A stretch of 64,000 bases of DNA from Eledone cirrhosa (GCA_964016885.1 OZ024743.1:65782001-65846000), one strand, 5' to 3'. Shown: positions 1 to 16,999, counted from the first letter of the stretch. Program-made: numbers and translations. The notes: generated from the letters alone by a model not told the origin.

Positions 1-3000
1 ACAACCACTACCACGTTAGTAACAGAACCACTACCACGTTAGTAACACAACCACTACTACAGAACCACTACCACCTTAGTAACACAACCACTACCACGTT
101 AGTAACACAACCACTACCACGTTAGTAACACAACTACTACTACAGAACCACTACCACCTTAGTAACACAACCACTACCACGTTAGTAACACAACCACTAC
201 CACGTTAGTAACACAACCACTACCACGTTAGTAACACAACCACTACCACGTTAGTAACACAACCACTACTACAGAACCACTACCACCTTAGTAACACAAC
301 CACTACCACATTAGTAACATAACCACTACCACGTTAGTAACAAAACCACTACTACAGAACCACTACCACCTTAGTAACACAACCACTACCACGTTAGTAA
401 CACAACCACTACTACAGAACCACTACCACCTTAGTAACACAACCACTACCACGTTAGTAACACAACCACTACCACGTTAGTACCACAACCACTACCACCT
501 TAGTAACACAAACACTACCACGTTAGTGACACAACCACTACCATGTTAGTAACACAACCACTACCACGTTAGTAAGACAACCACTACTATGTTAGTAACA
601 CAACCACTCCCACGTTAGTAACACAACCACTACCACATTAGTAACACAACCACTACCACATTAGTAACACAACCATTACCACGTTAGTAACACAACCACT
701 ACCACGTTAGTAACACAACCACTCCCACGTTAGTAACACAACCATTACCACGTTAGTAACACAACCACTACCACGTTAGTAACACAACCATTACCACGTT
801 AGTAACACAACCACTACCACGTTAGTAACACAAGCACTACCACGTTAGTAACACTACCACTACCACGTTAGTAACACAACCACTACCACGTTAGTAACAC
901 AACCACTACTATGTTAGTAACACAACCACTACCATGTTAGTAACACAACCACTACCACGTTAGTAACACAACCACTACCACGTTAGTAACACAACCACTA
1001 CCACGTTAGTAATACAACCACTACCACGTTAGTAACACAACCACTACCACGTTAGTAACACAACCACTACCACGTTAGTAACACAACCACTACCACCTTA
1101 GTAACACAACCACTACCACGTTAGTAAAACAACCACTACCACGTTAGTAACACAACCACTACTATGTTAGTAACACAACCACTACCACATTAGTAACACA
1201 ACCACTACCACGTTAGTAACACAACCACTACTATGTTAGTAACACAACCACTACCACGTTAGTAACACAACCATTACCACGTTAGTAACACAACCACTAC
1301 CACGTTAGTAACACAACCACTACCACGTTAGTAACACTACCACTACCTCGTTAGTAACACAACAACTACCACGTTAGTAACACAACCACTACTATGTTAG
1401 TAACACAACCACTACCATGTTAGTAACACAACCACTACCACGTTAGTAACACAACCACTACTATGTTAGTAACACAACCACTACCACGTTAGTAACACAA
1501 CCACTACCACGTTAGTAACACAACCACTACCACGTTAGTAATACAACCACTACCACGTTAGTAACACAACCACTACCACGTTAGTAACACAACCACTACC
1601 ACGTAAGTAACACAACCACTACCACCTTAGTAACACAACCACTACCACGTTAGTAAAACAACCACTACCACGTTAGTAACACAACCACTACCACGTTAGT
1701 AACACAACCACTACCACGTTAGTAACACAACCACTACCACGTTAGTAACACAACCACTACCACGTTAGTAACACAACCACTACCACGTTAGTAACACCAC
1801 CACTACCATGTTAGTAACACAACCACTACCACGTTAGTAACACAACCACTACCACGTTAGTAACACAACCACTACTATGTTAGTAACACAACCACTACCA
1901 CGTTAGTAACACAACCACTACCACGTTAGTAACACAACCACTACCACGTTAGTAACACAACCACTACCACGTTAGTAACACAACCACTACCACGTTAGTA
2001 ACACAACCACTACTACAGAACCACTACCACCTTAGTAACACAACCACTACCACGTTAGTAACACAACCACTACCACGTTAGTAACACAATCACTACCACG
2101 TTAGTAATAAAACCACTACCACGTTAGTAACACAACCACTACCACGTTAGTAACACAACCACTACCACGTTAGTAACACAACCACTACCACATTAGTAAC
2201 ACTACCACTACCTCGTTAGTAACACAACAACTACCGCGTTAGTAATACAACCACTACCACGTTAGTAACACAACCACTACCACGTTAGTAACACAACCAC
2301 TACCACGTTAGTAACACAACCACTACCACCTTAGTAACACAACCACTACCACGTTAGTAAAACAACCACTACCACGTTAGTAACACAACCACTACCACGT
2401 TAGTAACACAACCACTACCACGTTAGTAACACAACCACTACCACGTTAGTAACAGAACCACTACAACGTTAGTAACACAACCACTAACACGTTAGTAACA
2501 CAACCACTAACACATTAGTAACACAACCACTACCATGTTAGTAACACAACCACTACCATGTTAGTAACACAACCACTACCACGTTAGTAACACAACCACT
2601 ACCACATTAGTAACACAACCACTACCACGTTAGTAACACAACCACTACCACGTTAGTAACACAACCACTACCACATTAGTAACACAACCACTACCACGTT
2701 AGTAATACAACCATTACCACGTTAGTAACACAACCACTACCACGTTAGTAACACAACCACTACCACGTTAGTAACACAACTACTACCACGTTAGTAATAC
2801 AACCACTACCACGTTAGTAACACAACCACTACTATGTTAGTAACACAACCACTACCACGTTAGTAACACAACCACTACCACGTTAGTAACACAACCACTA
2901 CCAGGTTAGTAACACAACCACTACCACGTTAGTAACACAACCACTACCACGTTAGTAACACAACCACTACTACGTTAGTAAAACAACCACTACCACGTTA

Positions 3001-6000
3001 GTAACTCAACCACTACTATGTTAGTAACACAACCACTACCACGTTAGTAACACAACCACTACCACGTTAGTAACACAACCACTACTATGTTAGTAACACA
3101 ACCACTACCACGTTAGTAACACAACCATTACCACGTTAGTAACACAACCACTACCACGTTAGTAACACAACCACTACCACGTTAGTAACACAACCACTAC
3201 CATGTTAGTAACACAACCACTACCACGTTAGTAACACAACCACTACTATGTTAGTAACACAACCACTACCACGTTAGTAACACAACCACTACCACGTTAG
3301 TAACACAACCACTACCACGTTAGTAATACAACCACTACCACGTTAGTAACACAACCACTACCACGTTAGTAACACAACCACTACCACGTAAGTAACACAA
3401 CCACTACCACCTTAGTAACACAACCACTACCACGTTAGTAAAACAACCACTACCACGTTAGTAACACAACCACTACCACGTTAGTAACACAACCAATACC
3501 ACGTTAGTAACACAACCACTACCACGTTAGTAACACAACCACTACCACGTTAGTAACACAACCACTACCACGTTAGTAACACCACCACTACCATGTTAGT
3601 AACACAACCACTACCACGTTAGTAACACAACCACTACCACGTTAGTAACACAACCACTACCACGTTAGTAATACAACCACTACCACGTTAGTAACACAAC
3701 CACTACCACGTTAGTAACACAACCACTACCACGTAAGTAACACAACCACTACCACCTTAGTAACACAACCACTACCACGTTAGTAAAACAACCACTACCA
3801 CGTTAGTAACACAACCATTACCACTTTAGTAACACAACCACTACCACGTTAGTAACACAACCACTACCACGTTAGTAACACTACCACTACCTCGTTAGTA
3901 ACACAACAACTACCACGTTAGTAACACAACCACTACTATGTTAGTAACACAACCACTACCATGTTAGTAACACAACCACTACCACGTTAGTAACACAACC
4001 ACTACTATGTTAGTAACACAACCACTACCACGTTAGTAACACAACCACTACCACGTTAGTAACACAACCACTACCACGTTAGTAATACAACCACTACCAC
4101 GTTAGTAACACAACCACTACCACGTTAGTAACACAACCACTACCACGTAAGTAACACAACCACTACCACCTTAGTAACACAACCACTACCACGTTAGTAA
4201 AACAACCACTACCACGTTAGTAACACAACCACTACCACGTTAGTAACACAACCACTACCACGTTAGTAACACAACCACTACCACGTTAGTAACACAACCA
4301 CTACCACGTTAGTAACACCACCACTCCCATGTTAGTAACACAACCACTACCACGTTAGTAACACAACCACTACCACGTTAGTAACACAACCACTACTATG
4401 TTAGTAACACAACCACTACCACGTTAGTAACACAACCACTACCACGTTAGTAACACAACCACTACCACGTTAGTAACACAACCACTACCACGTTAGTAAC
4501 ACAACCACTACTACAGAACCACTACCACCTTAGTAACACAACCACTACCACGTTAGTAACACAACCACTACCACGTTAGTAACACAATCACTACCACGTT
4601 AGTAATAAAACCACTACCACGTTAGTAACACAACCACTACCACGTTAGTAACACAACCACTACCACGTTAGTAACACAACCACTACCACATTAGTAACAC
4701 TACCACTACCTCGTTAGTAACACAACAACTACCGCGTTAGTAATACAACCACTACCACGTTAGTAACACAACCACTACCACGTTAGTAACACAACCACTA
4801 CCACGTTAGTAACACAACCACTACCACCTTAGTAACACAACCACTACCACGTTAGTAAAACAACCACTACCACGTTAGTAACACAACCACTACCACGTTA
4901 GTAACACAACCACTACCACGTTAGTAACACAACCACTACCACGCTAGTAACAGAACCACTACAACGTTAGTAACACAACCACTAACACGTTAGTAACACA
5001 ACCACTACCACGTTAGTAACACAACCACTACCATGTTAGTAACACAACCACTACCATGTTAGTAACACAACCACTACCACGTTAGTAACACAACCACTAC
5101 CACATTAGTAACACAACCACTACCACGTTAGTAACACAACCACTACCACGTTAGTAACACAACCACTACCACATTAGTAACACAACCACTACCACGTTAG
5201 TAATACAACCATTACCACGTTAGTAACACAACCACTACCACGTTAGTAACACAACCACTACCACGTTAGTAACACAAGTAATACCACGTTAGTAATACAA
5301 CCACTACCACGTTAGTAACACAACCACTACTATGTTAGTAACACAACCACTACCACGTTAGTAACACAACCACTACCACGTTAGTAACACAACCACTACC
5401 AGGTTAGTAACACAACCACTACCACGTTAGTAACACAACCACTACCACGTTAGTAACACAACCACTACCACGTTAGTAAAACAACCACTACCACGTTAGT
5501 AACTCAACCACTACTATGTTAGTAACACAACCACTACCACGTTAGTAACACAACCACTACCACGTTAGTAACACAACCACTACTATGTTAGTAACACAAC
5601 CACTACCACGTTAGTAACACAACCATTACCACGTTAGTAACACAACCACTACCACGTTAGTAACACAACCACTACCACGTTAGTAACACAACCACTACTA
5701 TGTTAGTAACACAACCACTACCATGTTAGTAACACAACCACTACCACGTTAGTAACACAACCACTACTATGTTAGTAACACAACCACTACCATGTTAGTA
5801 ACACAACCACTACCACGTTAGTAACACAACCACTACTATGTTAGTAACACAACCACTACCACGTTAGTAACACAACTACTACCACGTTAGTAACACAACC
5901 ACTACCAGGTTAGTAATACAACCACTACCACGTTAGTAACACAACCACTACCACATTAGTAACACAACCACTACCACGTTAGTAACACAACCACTACCAC

Positions 6001-9000
6001 ATTAGTAAAACAACCACTACCCCGTTAGTAACACAACCACTACCACGTTAGTAACACAACCACTACTACGTTAGTAACACAACCACTACCACGTTAGTAA
6101 CACAACCACTACCACCTTAGTAACACAACCACTAACACGTTAGTAACACAACCACTACCACATAAGTAATACAACCACTACCACGTTAGTAACACAACCA
6201 CTACCACGTTAGTAACACAACCAGTACCATGTTAGTAACACAACCACTACCACGTTAGTAACACAACCACTACCACGTTAGTAAGGCAACCACTACCACG
6301 TTAGTAACACAACCCCTACCACGTTAGTAACACAACCACTACTACAGAACCACTACCACCTTAGTAACACAACCACTACCACGTTAGTAACACAACCACT
6401 ACCACGTTAGTAACACAACCACTACCACGTTAGTAATACAACCACTATCACGTTAGTAACACAACCACTACCACGTGAGTAACACAACCACTACCACGTT
6501 AGTAACACAACCACTACCACATTAGTAACACAACCACTACCACGTTAGTAACAGAACCACTACCACGTTAGTAACACAACCACTACCATGTTAGTAACAC
6601 AACCACTACCACGTTAGTAACACAACCACTACCACATTAGTAACACAACCACTACCACGCTAGTAACACAACCACTACCACATTAGTAACACAACCACTA
6701 CCACGTTAGTAACACAACCACTACCACGTTAGTAACACAACCACTACCACGTTAGTAACTCAACCACTACTATGTTAGTAACACAACCACTACCACGTTA
6801 GTAACACAACCACTACCACGTTAGTAACACAACCACTACTATGTTAGTAACACAACCACTACCACGTTAGTAACACAACCATTACCACGTTAGTAACACA
6901 ACCACTACCACGTTAGTAACACAACCACTACCACGTTAGTAACACTACCACTACTATGTTAGTAACACAACCACTACCATGTTAGTAACACAACCACTAC
7001 CACGTTAGTAACACAACCACTACCACGTTAGTAATACAACCACTACCACGTTAGTAACACAACCACTACCACGTTAGTAACACAACCACTACCACGTTAG
7101 TAACACAACCACTACCACCTTAGTAACACAATCACTACCACGTTAGTAAAACAACCAATACCACGTTAGTAACACAACCACTACTATGTTAGTAACACAA
7201 CCACTACCACGTTAGTAACACAACCACTACCACGTTAGTAACACAACCACTACTATGTTAGTAACACAACCACTACCACGTTAGTAACACAACCACTACC
7301 ACGTTAGCAACACAACCACTACCACGTTAGTAAGACAACCACTACCACGTTAGTAACACAACCACTACCACGTTAGTAACACAACCACTACTACAGAACC
7401 ACTACCACCTTAGTAACACAACCACTACCACGTTAGTAACACAACCACTACCACGTTAGTAATACAACCACTACCACGTTAGTAATACAACCACTACCAC
7501 GTTAGTAACACAACCACTACCACGTTAGTAACACAACCACTACCACGTTAGTAACACAACCACTACCACATTAGTAACACAACCACTACCACGCTAGTAA
7601 CACAACCACTACCACATTAGTAACACAACCACTACCACGTTAGTAACACAACCACTACCACGTTAGTAACACAACCACTACCACGTTAGTAACTCAACCA
7701 CTACTATGTTAGTAACACAACCACTACCACGTTAGTAACACAACCACTACCACGTTAGTAACACAACCACTACTATGTTAGTAACACAACCACTACCACG
7801 TTAGTAACACAACCATTACCACGTTAGTAACACAACCACTACCACGTTAGTAACACAACCACTACCACGTTAGTAACACTACCACTACTATGTTAGTAAC
7901 ACAACCACTACCATGTTAGTAACACAACCACTACCACGTTAGTAACACAACCACTACCACGTTAGTAATACAACCACTACCACGTTAGTAACACAACCAC
8001 TACCACGTTAGTAACACAACCACTACCACGTTAGTAACACAACCACTACCACCTTAGTAACACAACCACTACCACGTTAGTAAAACAACCAATACCACGT
8101 TAGTAACACAACCACTACTATGTTAGTAACACAACCACTACCACGTTAGTAACACAACCACTACCACGTTAGTAACACAACCACTACTATGTTAGTAACA
8201 CAACCACTACCACGTTAGTAACACAACCACTACCACGTTAGCAACACAACCACTACCACGTTAGTAAGACAACCACTACCACGTTAGTAACACAACCACT
8301 ACCACGTTAGTAACACAACCACTACTACAGAACCACTACCACCTTAGTAACACAACCACTACCACGTTAGTAACACAACCACTACCACGTTAGTAATACA
8401 ACCACTACCACGTTAGTAATACAACCACAACCACGTTAGTAACACAACCACTACCACGTTAGTAACACAACCACTACCACGTTAGTAACACAACCACTAC
8501 CACATTAGTAACACAACCACTACCACGTTAGTAACAGAACCACTACCACGTTAGTAACACAACCACTACCACGTTAGTAACACAACCACTACCACGTTAG
8601 TAACAAAACCACTACCACGTTAGTAACACAACCACTACCACGTTAGTAACAGAACCACTACCACGTTAGTAACACAACCACTACCACGTTAGTAACACAA
8701 CCACTGCCACGTTAGTAACACAACAACTACCATGTTAGTAACACAACCACTACCATGTTAGTAACACAACCACTACCACGTTAGTAACACAACCACTACC
8801 ACGTTAGTAACACAACCACTACCACGTTAGTAACACAACCACTACCACGTTAGTAATACAACCAATACCACGTTAGTAAAACAACCACTACTATGTTAGT
8901 AACACAACCACTACCACGTTAGTAACACAACCACTACCACGTTAGTAACGCAACCACTACCACGTTAGTAACACAACCACTACCACGTTAGTAACACAAC

Positions 9001-12000
9001 CACTACCACGTTAGTAACACAACCACTACCACGTTAGTAAAACAACCACTACCACGTTAGTAACACAACCACTACCACGTTAGTAACACAACCACTACCA
9101 CATTAGTAACACAACCACTACCACGTTAGTAACACAACCACTACTATGTTAGTAACACAGCCACTACTATGTTAGTAACACAACCACTACCACGTTAGTA
9201 ACACAACCACTACCACGTTAGTAACACACCCACTATCACGTTAGTAACACAACCACTACCACATTAGTAACACAACCACTACCACGTTAGTGACACAACC
9301 ACTACCACGTTAGTAATACAAACACTACCACCTTAGTAACACAACCACTACCACGTTAGTAACACAACCACTACCATGTTAGTAACACAACCACTACCAC
9401 GTTAGTAACACACCCACTATCACGTTAGTAACACAACCACTACCACATTAGTAACACAACCACTACCACGTTAGTAACACAACCACTACCACGTTAGTAA
9501 TACAACCTCTACCACGTTAGTAACACAACCACTACCACGTTAGTAACACAACCACTACCACGTTAGTAACACAACCACTACCACGTTAGTAACACAACCA
9601 CTACTACAAAACCACTACCATCTTAGTAACACTACCACTACCACGTTAGTAACACAACCACTACTATGTTAGTAACACAACCACTACCACGTTAGTAACA
9701 CAACCACTACCACGTTAGTAATAGAACCACTACCACGTTAGTAACACAACCACTACCACGTTAGTAACACAACCACTACGACGTTAGTAACACAACCACT
9801 ACTATGTTAGTAACACAACCACTACCGCGTTAGTAAAACAACCACTACCACGTTAGTAACCCAACCACTACCACGTTAGTAACACAACCACTACTATGTT
9901 AGTAACACAACCACTACCACGTTAGTAACACAACCACTACCACGTTAGTAACACAACCACTACCACGTTAGTAACACAACCACTATCACGTTAGTAACAC
10001 AACCACTACCACGTTAGTAACACAACCACTACCACGTTAGTAAGACAACCACTACCACGTTAGTAACACAACCACTGCCACGTTAGTAACACACCCACTA
10101 TCACGTTAGTAACACAACCACTACCACATTATTAACACAACCACTACCACGTTAGTAACACAACCACTACCACGTTAGTAATACAACCACTACCACGTTA
10201 GTAACACAACCACTACCACGTTAGTAACACAACCACTACCATGTTAGTAACACAACCACTACCACGTTAGTAACACACCCACTATCACGTTAGTAACACA
10301 ACCACTACCACATTAGTAACACAACCACTACCACGTTAGTAACACAACCACTACCACGTTAGTAATACAACCACTACCACGTTAGTAACACAACCACTAC
10401 CACGTTAGTAACACAACCACTACCACGTTAGTAACACAACCACTACCACGTTAGTAACACAACCACTACTACAAAACCACTACCATCTTAGTAACACAAC
10501 CACTACCACGTAAGTAACACAACCACTACTACGTTAGTAACACAACCACTACCACGTTAGTAACTCAACCACTACTATGTTAGTAACACAACCACTACCA
10601 CGTTAGTAACACAACCACCACCACGTTAGTAACACAACCACTACTATGTTAGTAACACAACCACTACCACGTTAGTAACACAACCATTACCACGTTAGTA
10701 ACACAACCACTACCACGTTAGTAACACAACCACCACCACGTTAGTAACACTACCACTACTATGTTAGTAACACAACCACTACCATGTTAGTAACACAACC
10801 ACTACCACGTTAGTAACACAACCACTACTATGTTAGTAACACAACCACTACCATGTTAGGAATACAACCACTACCACGTTAGTAACACAACCACTACTAT
10901 GTTAGTAACACAACCACTACCACGTTAGTAACACAACCACTACCACGTTAGTAACACAACCACTACCACGTTAGTAATACAACCACTACCACGTTAGTAA
11001 CACAACCACTACCACGTTAGTAACACAACCACTACCACGTTAGTAACACAACCACTACCACCTTAGTAAGACAACCACTACCACGTTAGTAAAACAACCA
11101 CTACCACGTTAGTAACACAACCACTACTATGTTAGTAACACAACCACTACCACGTTAGTAACACAACCACTACCACGTTAGTAACACAACCACTACTATG
11201 TTAGTAACACAACCACTACCACGTTAGTAACACAACCACTACCACGTTAGTAACACAACCACTACCACGTTAGTAAGACAACCACTACCACGTTAGTAAC
11301 ACAACCACTACCACGTTAGTAACACAACCACTACCACGTTAGTAACACAACCACTACTACAGAACCACTACCACCTTAGTAACACAACCACTACCACGTT
11401 AGTAACACAACCACTACCACGTTAGTAACACAACCACTACCACGTTAGTAATACAGCCACTACCACGTTAGTAACACAACCACTACCACGTTAGTAACAC
11501 AACCACTACCACGTTAGTAACACAACCACTACCACATTAGTAACACAACCACTACCACGTTAGTAACAGAACCACTTCCACGTTAGTAACACAACCACTA
11601 CCACGTTAGTAACACAACCACTACCACGTTAGTAACACAACCACTACCACGTTAGTAACTCAACCACTACCATGTTAGTAACACAACCACTACCATGTTA
11701 GTAACACAACCACTACCACGTTAGTAACACAACCACTACCACATTAGTAACACAACCACTACCACGTTAGTAACACAACCCCTACCACGTTAGTAACACA
11801 ACCACTACCACATTAGTAACACAACCACTACCACCTTATTAACACAATCATTACCACGTTAGTAACATAACCACTACCACGTTAGTAACACAACCACTAC
11901 CACGTTAGTAACACAACCACTGCCACGTTAGTAATACAACCACTACCACGTTAGTAAAACAACCACTACTATGTTAGTAACACAACCACTACCACGTTAG

Positions 12001-14870
12001 TAACACAACCACTACCACGTTAGTAACACAACCACTACCACGTTAGTAACACAACCACTACCACGTTAGTAACACAACCACTACCACGTTAGTAACACAA
12101 CCACTACCACGTTAGTAAAACAACCACTACCACGTTAGTAACACAACCACTACCACGTTAGTAACACAACCACTACCACATTAGTAACACAACCACTACC
12201 ACGTTAGTAACACAACCACTACTATGTTAGTAACACAACCACTACTATGTTAGTAACACAACCACTACCACGTTAGTAACACAACCACTACCACGTTAGT
12301 AACACAACCATTACCACGTTAGTAACACAACCACTACCACGTTAGTAACACAACCACTACCACGTTAGTAACACTACCACTACTATGTTAGTAACACAAC
12401 CACTACCATGTTAGTAACACAACCACTACCACGTTAGTAACACAACCACTACTATGTTAGAAACACAACCACTACCATGTTAGGAACACAACCACTACCA
12501 CGTTAGTAACACAACCACTACTATGTTAGTAACACAACCACTACCACGTTAGTAACACAACCACTACCACGTTAGTAACACAAACACTACCACGTTAGTA
12601 ATACAACCACTACCACGTTAGTAACACAACCACTACCACGTTAGTAACACAACCACTACCACGTTAGTAACACAACCACTACCACGTTAGTAAAACAACC
12701 ACTACCACGTTAGTAACACAACCACTACTATGTTAGTAACACAACCACTACCACGTTAGTAACACAACCGCTACCACGTTAGTAACACAACCACTACTAT
12801 GTTAGTAACACAACCACTACCACGTTAGTAACACAACCACTACCACGTTAGTAACACAACCACTACCACGTTAGTAAGATAACCACTACCACGTTAGTAA
12901 CACAACCACTACCACGTTAGTAACACAACCACTACCACGTTAGTAACACAACCACTTCTACAGAACCACTACCACCTTAGTAACACAACCACTACCACGT
13001 TAGTAACACAACCACTACCACGTTAGTAACACAACCACTACCACGTTAGTAATACAGCCACTACCACGTTAGTAACACAACCACTACCACGTTAGTAACA
13101 CAACCACTACCACGTTAGTAACACAACCACTACCACATTAGTAACACAACCACTACCACGTTAGTAACAGAACCACTTCCACGTTAGTAACACAACCACT
13201 ACCATGTTAGTAACACAACCACTACCACGTTAGTAACACAACCACTACCACGTTAGTAACTCAACCACTACCATGTTAGTAACACAACCACTACCATGTT
13301 AGTAACACAACCACTACCACGTTAGTAACACAACCACTACCACATTAGTAACACAACCACTACCACGTTAGTAACACAACCCCTACCACGTTAGTAACAC
13401 AACCACTACCACATTAGTAACACAACCACTACCACGTTAGTAACACAACCATTACCACGTTAGTAACACAACCACTACCACGTTAGTAACACAACCACTA
13501 CCACGTTAGTAACACAACCACTGCCACGTTAGTAATACAACCACTACCACGTTAGTAAAACAACCACTACTATGTTAGTAACACAACCACTACCACGTTA
13601 GTAACACAACCACTACCACGTTAGTAACACAACCACTACCACGTTAGTAACACAACCACTACCACGTTAGTAAAACAACCACTACCACGTTAGTAACACA
13701 ACCACTACCACGTTAGTAACACAACTACTACCACATTAGTAACACAACCACTACCACGTTAGTAACACAACCACTACTATGTTAGTAACACAACCACTAC
13801 TATGTTAGTAACACAACCACTACCACGTTAGTAACACAACCACTACCACGTTAGTAACACACCCACTATCACGTTAGTAACACAACCACTACCACATTAG
13901 TAACACAACCACTACCACGTTAGTAACACAACCACTACCACGTTAGTAATACAACCACTACCACGTTAGTAATACAACCACTACCACGTTAGTAACACAA
14001 CCACTACCATGTTAGTAACACAACCACTACCACGTTAGTAACACACCCACTATCACGTTAGTAACACAACCACTACCACATTACTAACACAACCACTACC
14101 GCGTTAGTAACACAACCACTACCACGTTAGTAATACAACCACTACCACGTTAGTAACACAACCACTACCACGTTAATAACACAACCACTACCACGTTAGT
14201 AACACAACCACTACCACGTTAGTAACACAACCACTACTACAAAACCACTTCCATCTTAGTAACACAACCACTACCACGTTAGTAACACAACCACTACCAC
14301 GTTAGTAACACAACCACTACTATGTTAGAAACACAACCACTACCACGTTAGTAACACAACCACTACCACGTTAGTAACACAACCACTACCACGTTAGTAA
14401 CACAACCATTACCACGTTAGTAACACAACCACTACCACGTTAGTAATAGAACCACTACCACGTTAGTAACACAACCACTACCACGTTAGTAACACAACCA
14501 CTACTATGTTAGTAACACAACCACTACCACGTTAGTAACACAACCACTACCACGTTAGTAATAGAACCACTACCACGTTAGTAACACAACCACTACCACG
14601 TTAGTAACACAACCACTACGACGTTAGTAACACAACCACTACTATGTTAGTAACACAACCACTACCACGTTAGTAAAACAACCACTACCACGTTAGTAAC
14701 ACAACCACTACCACGTTAGTAACACAACCACTACTATGTTAGTAACACAACCACTACCACGTTAGTAACACAACCACTACCACGTTAGTAACACAACCAC
14801 TACCACGTTAGTAACACAACCACTACCACGTTAGTAACACAACCACTACCACGTTAGTAACACAACCACT
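1..14870. repeat. 23-bp tandem satellite, consensus ACAACCACTACCACGTTAGTAAC, about 640 units, runs off the left edge
   Basis: Continuous 23-bp periodicity with point variants and a recurrent 14-bp short unit (AACCACTACTACAG). No ORF is listed in the track for this region. Confidence 0.99.
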
Positions 14871-15106
14871 TCCATCCTACTCGATACATCGATCTTCCAC
14901 GATCAATCGACTCTCTGACACGATAATAAAACAATAAACTAATTAACTACCAACCTCTGACTTCTGTCTTGTTTTCAGTGTTCTACACACACAAACAGAC
15001 ACACACATATGCGCACACACGAACCCACACACACACACACAGACACGCACGCACATGCATATACACGCACACATATACTAATACACACGCGCACGCACAT
15101 ACACTA

Positions 15107-15142
<36 letters not shown>

Positions 15143-15460
15143 CCTCACATAGACATATACACTTACACAAGCAAGCATACGCACACATATACTAATACGC
15201 CCCCCCCACACATACTAATAAACAGACACACACATACTATTACCCCCCCCCCCCAACACACACGCACACACACATATATAAAGCGCAGGATAAGCAAGTG
15301 GCTTATTGGTTTGATGTAATATAGCTCATGAAATGACTTATAGTAACAATAATTACTTGTGTAGTTGTCATAATCCCAATAGTGATAATCCCAGATAACT
15401 GAAAAATGTTTGATAAGCTTTTTCTCTTCTGCCTTTCTATAACGTCCTTATTACCACTTG

Positions 15461-15930
15461 GGGTGGTTTTCTGCTAGCATGTGTAGTGTGTTATTGATAT
15501 TTTATGCAAGTATATATGCATGTAGATATGATACATCAAATAAAATCGTAATTGACAATATACACAGATATTGAACTAAGACTGTGTTACACTGTCTTAT
15601 GTAATCAGTAACGTAATCCATGATACATTAAAAAAAGACGATATTATATATAAACTGCATTAGGAGAAAATTAGTGATGGAAACATACGAATGTTTATTT
15701 AAGCGATCGCTAACCGGAAGTGTTGACATTTGAAAAATTTAAAGAAGTGAATCTTTAAATAAACAATTAAATATATTTAATCAAAAGCTACAAAATTTAG
15801 CAGATAAATTATGTAATATGCATTCATTATTTAGCCTCGTTCCATCTTGGGACATGCATATTACGTAACTTGGAGTGTAACTTACGTATTCCCAGAAACC
15901 AATCGAAGATATTTATTATTATTATTTTAT
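15461..15930 (+). repeat. Non-coding segment duplicated in inverted orientation at 25928-26304 and 27420-27525
   Basis: 15461-15832 matches the reverse complement of 25928-26304 with scattered substitutions; 15832-15930 matches the reverse complement of 27420-27525. Confidence 0.9.
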
Positions 15931-15996
15931 TATTACTGTATTTTTTTAATTTTTCATTATATATATATATATATATACATGTATTACCATTGTTAT

Positions 15997-16445
15997 GAGC
16001 GCGGTAGATTAGCAGAATCGGTAGAGCGTTGGACACCATGCTTTATGGTACAGAGTTACGCCCCTTTACGATTTGAAATCAAATCCTGCCGAGGTTAGCT
16101 TTGCCTTTCATCCTTACGGGGTCGATAAATTAAAGTACCAGTAATGCACTGGAGTCAATTTAATCAACTTTCCCCTCCCCCAAAAATAGCTGGCCTTGGG
16201 CCTAAATAAGAAATTATTATTTAAGGGCGGCGGATTGGCAGTATCGGTAGAGGATCGTAATCCATGCTGTGCAGCATAGCGTTACGGCCCTCTATGGTCT
16301 GAATTCAAATGCCACCGAGGTTAACTTTGCCTTTCATCCTTACGGGGTCGATAAAATAAAGTACCTGTCACGCACTGAAGGTCGATTTAATCGACTTTCC
16401 CCTCACCCAAAATTGCTGGCCTTGTGCCTACATAAGAAACTATTA
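15997..16445 (+). mobile_element. Two tandem copies of tRNA-derived SINE family 1 (octopus-type)
   Basis: A-box-like TGGCAGTATCGGTAGAG, B-box-like (G)TTCAAAT, and body CCGAGGTTAACTTTGCCTTTCATCCTTACGGGGTCGATAAAATAAAGTACC, repeated throughout the window. Confidence 0.9.
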
Positions 16446-16454
16446 TTGCTATGA

Positions 16455-16755
16455 TCGCTGCCGTGAAATACCGTGGTTTCGGTATTAGGCTCAAGATCGT
16501 CAGTTCTATCCCCGGCAGCGTTTTGTTTCGTTGAGCAAGTCACTTCATTTCATGTTGTTTTCGTCCAATCAACTGGCAGTATTCGGAGGAGGACCACCCT
16601 TGTCACATTCTGTGTCACGCTGAATCTCCCCGAGAACTACGTTAGTAATGCACGTGTCTGTGGTATGCTCACCCGCTTGCACGTTAATCTCATGAGCAGT
16701 TTGATCTGTTGATCGTATCAACTGGAATTCTCACCATCGCCACCGACGAAGTGCC
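16455..16755 (+). mobile_element. SINE family 2 (tRNA-like head plus TTGAGCAAG-CACTT core); partial copies at 22046-22170 and 43058-43155
   Basis: Shared head GTGAGTTCAATTC..GGACCGGG and core (CC)TTGAGCAAG(A/T)CACTT-ATTTCA across the copies. Confidence 0.65.
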
Positions 16756-16999
16756 ATTTATGATCACTGTTAAGGATATTAGCGTGAAATGTAATATGAC
16801 ACTTTTTTCCTACTTTCTATGTTTTGTTAAATGTTATACATTTTTTTTATTTGGTTAAACATACTGAAAGAGAATTGGAAAGGACTATAAATGTTATAAA
16901 TGATAAGAAAAGGAGGGAAAGAGCAAGGACTATTAGACAAAGGAAGAAAGGAGGAAGGGGAGAGGATGACAGACACTACACCTAGTTCAGAGTGGTATT

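Noticed and set aside
1-14870. CRISPR array, coding repeat or telomere
   Set aside because: No unique spacers; the TAG/TAA words cycle through all frames; the unit is not TTAGGG.
15997-16100. tRNA genes
   Set aside because: A/B-box-like motifs belong to SINE heads; no complete cloverleaf.
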